From NCBI GenBank assembly GCA_051294375.1, contig CM119269.1:19505936-19569935 (forward strand): a stretch of 64,000 nucleotides of DNA, given 5' to 3'. The notes under the pieces were generated by a model. It ran no database searches, was not told the DNA's origin, and worked only from the letters and a program-made list of their open reading frames with translations. Source of the stretch: Paraspadella gotoi (taxonomy: Eukaryota; Animalia; Chaetognatha). Positions 54,848 through 64,000 of the stretch are shown here, piece after piece. Both the position numbers and the translations under genes were made by a program. Every line of letters begins with the position of its first letter. Positions within the stretch are counted from its first letter, which is position 1.

Positions 54848-55941
54848 AGGTCCCTGTCATGGCACCGAAGCAGCCGTTGGGCTCTCGTCCTTTGCGTCGC
54901 TTTTATTGCGCAGCTGAAGAGCATTTTTCGTCGTCGATGTGCGGAGTTGGAGGCGAACTGCCGGCCTCGATCTCGCTGTAGCTGCTTCGATGGGCGTAGC
55001 AGCTGTTGTTGCGGCGGTTGTCGTCGTCTTCTTCGTCGCCAAAAAATAGTTTTAGATCTTCGCCGTCGTCGTCGGCGGCGTCTTTGTCGTCGTTGTTTTC
55101 CTTCGTCCCGCATCAAAAGTTTCTTCGCAGTTAAGGCTGAGGCAAAGAAGAAACGCGCCGGTCGAGCGGAGACGAAGCGCCGACTCTTTCCGGCGTCGCG
55201 ATGATTAAGACATCGACTCTTCGACGCCGAGAGAGTTTTGACGCCGCGACGGAGAAATCGGCGCTTCGTTTTGACGCCGGGAGAGGACGCTGGCGAGGGA
55301 ATCTGTCTTAGGCACCTGTGATCACCTGACGAACCGACGCCGAGAACGCCGACGACGCCGAAAGAGACGCGGGCCGAGAGAGTCGAAGGCGCGATCGTCG
55401 GTTCCGGCGACGAAGACGACGACAATTTCGGCGTCATTTTCGCCGCCGCTAGGGTCCCTTCCGTTAGTGGCGACGGCGAAGGAGGCGAAAGAGAGGCGAA
55501 GATTCGTCGTCGCTTTTCGAGTTTAGTTTCTGGAGAATTTGACGGAAAAGAGGAGGAGAAGGAGGTTGGGTGGTCGAAGGTGGATGGTGGGTGGTCATCG
55601 GGGAAATTGGGTGGTTCGTCGTGAAGGAGTACGTCGCGGCGAAGGCGATCGTCGCTTAGAATTTCGTCTCTCATCGAAATTCGATCTTCGACGCGACGCA
55701 AATTGTCTTTTTCCGAATTCGGAAAGTCGAGTTCGGACCGCGATTCAGACTCTCGTTCCAATTCTGAGAAAAGAGGCGACGTCTTTATATTTTTGAAGGA
55801 CGACGTTTCGTTGCTAGGCGACGGTCGATGGTCCTTGTAGCGAAAGTCGTTGTTGTCGTTCTCATCGTCTTCGTCGTCGTCGTCGTCAGGTACGGAGCCC
55901 CGCCTCCTTTCTCCGTCCTCCTCGTCTTCTTTGACGCTCAT
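54754..55941 (-). other. 395-codon low-complexity ORF overlapping the Eph start out of frame (candidate overlapping uORF)
   Basis: ATG at 55941 stays open to 54754. Acidic N-terminus, Ser/Pro-rich middle and Arg-rich end, with no recognisable domain. It stops about 90 nt downstream of the Eph ATG in another frame. Confidence 0.35.
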
Positions 55942-56573
55942 TTCCGATTCGCTTTCTTTCTTTTTTTTTCGATTTTTTTTTTTTTTTTATTTCTTTTCCT
56001 TTTTTATTTCTTTTCAAGGAGGAAATCCTAATGACGATGACGACGACGATGTCAAGGACTCTGCGGCGCGAGCGACGTCGTCGTCGTTGTCGTCGCTGTC
56101 GTCGTCGCCGTCATCGTATTCGTCGTCGTCGGCAGGGTCGTCGTTAGGCCGACAGCATATTTGAGCTTTTTATGTGAAAAGGAGTCCCACTAATCAATTC
56201 GAGGCAGGAAACGACGGCGATATGACGCGCGAGCGAGAGAGAGCGAGAGGGGGAGAGACTGTGAGAGGGAGCNNNNNNNNNNNNNNNNNNNNNNNNNNNN
56301 NNNNNNNNNNNNNNNNNNNNNNNNNNNNNNNNNNNNNNNNNNNNNNNNNNNNNNNNNNNNNNNNNNNNNNNNNNNNNNNNNNNNNNNNNNNNNNNNNNNN
56401 NNNNNNNNNNNNNNNNNNNNNNNNNNNNNNNNNNNNNNNNNNNNNNNNNNNNNNNNNNNNNNNNNNNNNNNNNNNNNNNNNNNNNNNNNNNNNNNNNNNN
56501 NNNNNNNNNNNNNNNCTCTTTAGCGTTCGAGGTTTTAAATTCAATTTTTTCCGTTTTTTTTAGAAACAGAGTC

Positions 56574-56604
<31 letters not shown>

Positions 56605-56824
56605 GNNNNNNNNNNNNNNNNNNNNNNNNNNNNNNNNNNNNNNNNNNNNNNNNNNNNNNNNNNNNNNNNNNNNNNNNNNNNNNNNNNNNNNNNNNNNNNN
56701 NNNNNNNNNNNNNNNNNNNNNNNNNNNNNNNNNNNNNNNNNNNNNNNNNNNNNNNNNNNNNNNNNNNNNNNNNNNNNNNNNNNNNNNNNNNNNNNNNNNN
56801 NNNNNNNNNNNNNNNNNNNNNNNN

Positions 56825-56863
<39 letters not shown>

Positions 56864-57194
56864 CCCCGCACGCTCGAGTCCACATGGCCTTTGGATGATG
56901 AATGGACGCCGAGCGTCTGATCGCATTTTCTAAATTGAATCCTTTTTTGGTGAACGACACAATTTTTCACGCGTCGAGGGAAAAAGGCGTCTAATCAAAA
57001 CACGGGACGTCGTCGTTGTTGTCGTCGTCGTCGTAGACATTGCACGTGACCCTGAAGGAGGAGCGCGTGCGAGAGGAGAGGGAGAGAATCCGGATCTAAA
57101 TATCAGAAGGATGAATTTTGAAAAAAAGGTTTTAAAAGAGAGTAACTTTAAATTTTTTCTTTTTGGTATGAAAAAACAGATTTAAACTAAGTAA

Positions 57195-57378
57195 GACAGC
57201 CAAGTATTCGTTTACTAACCATGAGTTCCGGGTTCAATCCCCTCACGGTCACGCTGGTTAAAGTGTGATGGAGTCGGCAAAAACACGTCACTGCAGGTTC
57301 AAAGCCCTGAGCGCCAGCTGTCGGGAGATGCCTCACACCCCGGGCATCACACATGTCCCCCGTTGCCATACCGACTCT
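57195..57378 (+). mobile_element. SINE-like element carrying twister copy 3
   Basis: B-box GGTTCAATCCC at 57231-57241, then the twister, then GAGATGCC..GGGCATCACA..GTTGCCATA as in the 17.3 kb element. Confidence 0.6.
57253..57318 (+). ncRNA. Twister ribozyme, type P5 (copy 3, no P3)
   Basis: GCUGGU(P5') UAAA GUGU(P2') GAUGG A-GUCGGC-A(P1) A^AA ACAC(P2) GUC ACU G CAGG UUCAAAGC CCUG(P4/L4) AGC GCCAGC(P5). T1 is L4 UCA pairing with UGG. Confidence 0.75.
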
Positions 57379-57870
57379 AATTTATGTATAGAATAATCTG
57401 CTCATCTGTTAATGAAAACTGCTAAATTCATTCGTTCGACATTCACCCCAAATATCTCTCAGGAGAGTAAAGAAGCTCGACAATTCATAATTTAATAGTT
57501 GCTTATTATTTGTTTTTTAATTACACAAAATCTGCGAGGGGCTCATTGAAGTACATGAAATAAAAATATTTTTTCTTCAAAAAAAAATTGGTCCATAAGA
57601 TACGAAAGAAAAATCCGATCTTTTACGTTTACTTAAGTTCATACATTGGTCACGACGTCACCGCAAGTAATGCCCGGTTTCTGCTGTCTTAAGAAAATCA
57701 AAACTTATTTCTCTCTTTTCTGAAATTTTGAAGGAAACTGATTTCGTTTTCTGAAAACTCCATCACGAAAATGGAGTAAAAGGAAAAAAATAAATTAAAG
57801 TGAGAAATTTTGAGAATGATGAAAATATGAACATTTTGGAAGGGTAAAAGTCTTTTTTCGTGAACATTTT

Positions 57871-57901
<31 letters not shown>

Positions 57902-58115
57902 NNNNNNNNNNNNNNNNNNNNNNNNNNNNNNNNNNNNNNNNNNNNNNNNNNNNNNNNNNNNNNNNNNNNNNNNNNNNNNNNNNNNNNNNNNNNNNNNNNN
58001 NNNNNNNNNNNNNNNNNNNNNNNNNNNNNNNNNNNNNNNNNNNNNNNNNNNNNNNNNNNNNNNNNNNNNNNNNNNNNNNNNNNNNNNNNNNNNNNNNNNN
58101 NNNNNNNNNNNNNNN

Positions 58116-58151
<36 letters not shown>

Positions 58152-61100
58152 GAAGAGAGATAGAGAGAGAGAGAGACGGACAGAGAGGTTTGAGAATTTT
58201 TTCAAGTTGTAGAAATTGAAACGGGAAATTGGTTATAGGAAACTGTTTTGAGAAATACTGTTACGGATACAATTTCACTGCATCGAGAAGAAATTGTAAA
58301 AAATCGATAAAATAGATTGAATCACTATTTTTCCAACAAAGTCAGAATGGAACTCAGTGTGATGTATACTTCTCCGTAATGTACGAGAGAAACTGCGCCG
58401 ACTATTCGTCAAATGCTACAATTTTATGTAAATAACTAAAATTCGTTTTCTGCAAATAAAACGAACGAACGGAAAAAAAGGAGAGAATGAGAGAATATAT
58501 TGCGTGAATTGTAGAATGGGAGAATGGGAAAATGGGAGAATGGTTATGTATCTTTGCAGAAACGAATACAAACGAGCGAGAAAATCCTCAACGACTGCGA
58601 TTCAGTTCAGATCGCGGGAGGCGGGAAGAGATGGAAAGAGAGAGATGGGAAGAGATGATGGAAAGAGATGATGGGAGAGATGGGAAAAGAGGATGAGAGA
58701 GATGACATAGAAGTAGAGGATCGGAAGATCGAAAGATGATGACGGGAGAGACTGGATCATCGAAGGATGGGAAGAGATGTCATGGGAGTCAATGGGCCAA
58801 GAGATGATGGGGGAGGAGATGGGAAGAAGTCAGTTGTTGCAGGAATCGATGGGAAAGCTCAAAAAAGAGAGGATGTCTGCTCAAGAGATGAGGGAGAGCA
58901 ACGGGAAAGAACAATATGGTGAGATCGAGGGAGAGAGGGATCATCCTTAGGTGGGAGAGATCGGACGAGGAAGAGGATGATGGGCAAGAAACTGGAAAGA
59001 GAGGATGGAGAAATTGGGAGCAGATGATGGGGAAGTGGGAGAGCCAGAGGATGGGAGAGATCGGGAAATAACAGAGGGAATGGACAATCAATTGGGTGGG
59101 AAGAAGGACTGGGGGAGAGATGACGAAGAGTGAATGGGAAGAGATGCCGGGGAGAGAGGATTGGAGAAATCTGGAAGAGATGGTCAAAAGAAAAAGTCCT
59201 ACAGAGGAATGGGAAAAACACCGGTGCACAATCAGAAATTGGGAATTTTATTGATCAAGGAACCGTCTAGGAGGAAAGAGAACTTCGATGCAAAGTAATC
59301 AAGGAAGATCGCAAGGATGGGCGGAATAGAAGAAGAGGAACTTCTAGTGAAGCAAGCTCTATCAAACCGGGAGGAAGGGACAGGAGATAGAATAATAAGG
59401 ACGCTGGGACCTCAAAGAGTAGAACGCTTGGTCTGTCTGACATTTCAAAGCCCAAGATTGCAAGCACATCCGCTCGGCCTCGTCTCGGATTGTTCACCCA
59501 AAGCAAAGTGCACAGGGAAACCGGGACTAGGCGAATGTTTACTCGGTGGGAGGCTCGACGTGCGAGGGAGAGGAGCGAAGGATACTGATCCGTCGAATCT
59601 GGCCTTGCGATCTCCGCATCACCTCTGTGATAGCGGCAGCCGCCTCAAATCGTCAGACCAGGGCAGGGAGGGCATCGAGCAGCCGGACTCTGTCACCACT
59701 ACTCACGACAGTCTCAACAGAGACTCCATTCCGCTCAGATTCGCCATCCTAGCGTCAGCGTCCAATCGCTACGATCCTTATCTACGGCTCATCCATCCGG
59801 AGCTCCAAGCAGCTCTCGTACGCACCTCACTCCGTGAGCCTCGCCCCTCAGTCGATCGACAGTCCAGATGTCCGTCCGCGACCCCGCCTCCTCGGACGCA
59901 CGAGCCGTAGGCTCTACCGGTCTCAACCCGTCATACAATGAGATGGTTAAAGATCCTCCGGCCAGGGCGTTCACGGAGTCATTCAAGTCGATTGCAACCG
60001 CGCAGCGTGCAGAGGCTCCAGACGACACAGCCGTCAGGAGTATGAGCAGCGTCGCACCACGAGAGAGTCTCAGACGAGAACGTCAGACGAGCTCTACGAG
60101 AGCCGCACGAGAGAGGATCTCCAGGCAGAGGAGCCCAGTACTGAGGACGAGAAGGCGTCATATCAATGTCTTCTCAACCCCTTCCTGCTCTCTCTTCTAC
60201 CAGTTGCTTCACTCTTACTCGTCTCCGCCACGCTTATATTCACATTTAGTCTACGCCCCATTCGGGCCCGCGATTAAACACAGATCTCGGTCAGGACCGG
60301 TCACCGTGGGTTACTTTGGATGGCGACCGTGACGAAAATCTTCGTTGCTTAGCCAGTAACGATCTGTTGACGTACAATCGACTCGAGAGGAACAGACGCA
60401 CAAGAGGCGGTATTTACGCACTGATCATTTGTTGCACCCAGCGAGCCTAAAGGAATCACCTGTTTCCTTCTGGTAATTTTAGGAGATACATTTTCTCTCT
60501 TTTCCTTCAGTTCCCCGTTGTTTGAGCCTTCCCTATTTCCTCCTTTTCTGATTCTCCCATTTCCTTCGTCTTTCCTTATTTCTGATCTTTCTATTTCCCT
60601 TCCCCATGTTCAACGCTGCCTCGTTGTGCTTTCCCAATTATCTCTGCTCAAAGGGCAGAAAGTTTTCCGTTTTCTCTTCCCCATTTTACTTTGCATTTCA
60701 CATAACTATGCAACAATCCTTCCATTTCTCTCCATCATCGCATGACCGAGGTTCTTCCTACATCTGAGTCATGCCTGGTTGAAGCATCTACTCCCGAATC
60801 AAAAATGACATAGGAGCGTGATATCCCCCTGGTTCCACGTCCCAGACACTTCGCTAGTTGGCGATGCACTTCGCCAGCTCGATGATATTAATCTAACATA
60901 TACACCCCTCGAGACCTACACGTAAGCACTTAAGAAACAAGTTTTCATGGAGAGCCGAGCAGCCGAAGGGTAAGAGGTGCTCCTTCACTCATCGAGGTCT
61001 TAGTGGTGCATCAAATCGCTCAAACGAAAGTGTCAGCAAGTGCTTCTAGATCCCCCGGCACATGTTGCAGTGCGATCCATCGGGTAGCCGGAAACAACTG

Positions 61101-63195
61101 GGTGATTATGACCGGTGAACGCCCATTGGCGAGGCGATGTCCGCGGGTATCTAGCGACAGGCAGCCGAATAGTTCTCCCATCCATTTTGTATGATGCCAC
61201 ACTATCGCGATATACCGGCAGTCTCTGCGCGAGAGGCCAGTCGCTCTCTATCACCAGAGTTGTCTGTCTGCCACGAAGGTCGAGTGCATCGTTTTCACAG
61301 CACGATTGAGTACTTCTTCGCTCCCATCCTCTTGCTGCTCTTCCCCGTCCTTCCTGTTTTAGTCTTTTTCTCCATATTTAGGTCCCTCGTCGCACTCAGA
61401 ATGCATACCTACGTTTGTGGGCGAACTGATAGTTTCTGGTGACGTCTCGAGAAGAGGCCACGAATATTCTGCGGAGGAAGATGCCGTGCCCCATCTGGAT
61501 GTCTTCTCCACCCGTCTGTGCCCCCCCGCACCGTAGAGCAGATCGTCGAAGTTCAGGGTCCCATCGTCATCCCAGTAGGAGACAGTCTGCTATTGCCAGA
61601 AGAGGCCAAGTTATGAGAGGGCCAGCAGATAGGCTCAATGAATCTACTGCGCGAAATACTATATTTCTTCTCCTCCCTCCTCTTAGATCTACACACAATC
61701 ATCAATCACAATAACCCTCGATATAGAGTTTCTCTCTAGCCGTATCCAGCGTCATCTCAACCAAGTAGAAGGAACAGGGCAGACTTACACTGAGTCGTAC
61801 GCTGGCGATCCATTGCGGATGTGGCGGGTCCGTCTTCCCCAGTCGCGCGCCATGCCGTAACCGTCAGGGAGGTGAAGCAGTGGCGCGCGCGTCTTAGAGC
61901 ATACGATAAGGAGAGAGGTTGCGCATATTATCCCATGGGGCAGATGCACTAGTCCTCCGAGATCCGAGGTCCGCCATAGCTCGTTGCACCGTTTTCCCAT
62001 CTTCGTCTGACCCCATCATCCTCTGCTTCGCCCCATTTCGATGGGCGCGCGCGCCATCATCGGGGTGCTCCGCAGATCATCTCTTACCCTCTCTGCGTCA
62101 CCCGGATGCGATCCCGGGCGGTCTTTCCATCTCCATCACCCAATCCTGGCTGTGTCTTCCTCATCTCTCTCTCCACATGGCCTCTTGTGTCCCATCTCTC
62201 GTCCATCATGCAGTCTTTCCACTCATCTCTTCCCATCTCTTCTCTTTCCATCTCTTCCCGCCTGCCCCGCGATTTATCTGTGAACTGAATCGCAGTCGTT
62301 TTGAGCGGGATTTATGCTCGCCTGCGTTTGTATTCGTTCTCTTCCGGTGCAAGATACGATAAGCGCATGTCTCGCGCGGAGTTTGTAGCGCGTGACGCGT
62401 TGGGCCGCGATATTCTCGGCCATTCTACAATTCACGGGCCAATATATTCGATCTCATTTCCTTCTCCTCTTTTGTTTGGTCGGCCGTCTCGGTTTCGATC
62501 TTTATTTGTTCTTCTTGCAAGAAACGAAATTTTAGTTGTAATTTACAATACAAAATATGTCAGCATGCGTTTTGACAGGATGGAGAGCTCCCGGCGGCAG
62601 TGTTGCTCTCTCCTCGTACATTACGGAGAATTATAACGATCAACAGCTGGAGGTTCCATTCTAGACTGTTGTGTTGGAAAAATAGTCTGATTCAATCCTA
62701 TTTTTATCCGTATTTTTTACCAATTTCTTCTCTGATTGGCAGTTGAATTGGTATCCGGAAAGTATTTCTCAAAAAGTTTCCCTAATAACCAATTTTCCCG
62801 TTTCAATTTGTCTAGCAAACTTTGAAAAAATTCCCCTCAAAACTCTTCGTCCGTCTTCTCTCTCTCTATCTCTCTTGTCCTCTCTCCCTCTCTCTCTCTC
62901 TCTCTGTCTCTCTGCTCTCTTCCTCTGCTCTCTCTGCATCTCTCCTGCATCCGCGTCTCCGCTCCTCATCTTGGGGTCTAGTCAATTCGAAGTCGTTATC
63001 GAACGTTCTTCGGTTTTGTTGGTTTTCTCGATTTCTGTTTTGTGGCAGCGAAATGTGAGCAAATGTCACGAAGAAACAGCATAGCTTGTTTTTTTTTTTC
63101 CCCTTTTTGTTTTCTCTTTCTCTCTCTCTCTTCCTCTCTCTCTCTCCTCTCCTCTCTCTCTCTCTATCTTCTCCTCTCTCTCTCATTCGTCTTTC

Positions 63196-63231
<36 letters not shown>

Positions 63232-63877
63232 ACTCTCTCTCTCTCCTCTCGTCTTTCAGAAATGTTTCGACATGAAAAAGACTTTTAACAACCCTTCCAA
63301 AAATGGTTCATAAATTTTCATCCATTCTCAAAATTTCTCACGTTTAATTTAAATTTTTTCCTTTTACTCTCCATTTTCGTGATGGACGTTTTCACCGAAA
63401 ACGAATCAGTTTCCTTCAATAATTTCAGGAAAAAGAGAAGTGAAATAAGTTTTGATTTTCTTAAGACAGCAGAAAACCGGGGGCAATTACTTGGCGGTGG
63501 ACGTCCTGGACCAAATGGTATGAATTAAGTAAACGTAAAAGTTCGGAATTTTTCTTTCCGTAATCTTATGGACCAATGTTTTTTTTTGGAAGAAAAAAGT
63601 ATTTTTTATTTCTCATGTAGCTTTAACTGAGCCCCTCGCAAGATTTTGTGTAATTAAAAACAAATGAATAAGCAACTATTAAATCAGTATGAATTGTCGA
63701 GCTCTCTGGTTTACTCTCCTGGAGGAGGGATATTTGGGGTGGCAATTGTCGAAACGAAGTGAATTTAGCAGTTTTCCATTAATCAGATGAGCAGATTATT
63801 CTTATACATTAATTAGAGTCGGTTATGGCAACGGGGGAACATGTGGTGATGCCGGGTGTGAGGCATCTCCTGACAAA

Positions 63878-63948
63878 GCTGGACGCTCAGGGTTTGGAAC
63901 TCTGCAGTGACCGTGTTTTTGCCGCTCCAATCACACTTTAACCACAGC
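63878..63948 (-). ncRNA. Error-laden inverted copy of twister copy 3
   Basis: Reverse complement of 57253-57318 with scattered indels, lying inside the large fold-back duplication. Confidence 0.4.
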
Positions 63949-64000
63949 GTGAACCGTGGAGGGGATTGAAACCCGGAAAACTCCATGGTTAGTAAACGAA

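Larger units (their letters stand above)
57208..64000. repeat. Large inverted (fold-back) duplication with arms at about 57208-58680 and 62220-64000
   Basis: The end of the window is the reverse complement of sequence from 57208 onward, with many insertions. The spacer looks like very low-quality sequence. Confidence 0.85.

Noticed and set aside
59300-62200. Balanced-composition ORFs of up to 197 aa in the fold-back spacer
   Set aside because: No recognisable motifs or splice-consistent structure, and it is probably low-quality read sequence.

Overview
Eukaryotic (animal) genomic DNA, AT-rich and dense in (AG)n, (GTC)n and (ATC)n microsatellites, from a gap-filled draft assembly with several noisy duplicated stretches. 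The main gene is the 5' half of an Eph receptor tyrosine kinase on the minus strand. I traced six phase-consistent GT-AG exons (54847-54604, 28847-28720, 27552-27314, 17151-17022, 9997-9877, 2620-2433) encoding a signal peptide, the ephrin-binding domain and the sushi/EGF cysteine-rich region. The gene continues beyond position 1. The most striking unannotated feature is three divergent short SINE-like elements (about 4.5, 17.4 and 57.3 kb). Each folds by eye into a circularly permuted (type-P5) twister self-cleaving ribozyme with co-varying pseudoknot pairs, and in each the P1 stem is reduced to a 6-8 nt self-complementary palindrome, suggesting cleavage as a dimer. The window also holds a 2.25 kb non-autonomous TIR transposon whose empty site is present in a duplicate copy, a 395-codon upstream ORF overlapping the Eph start, and assembly artefacts (25-N gaps, duplicated flanks, a large fold-back). 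All structures and alignments were read by eye; no searches were run.
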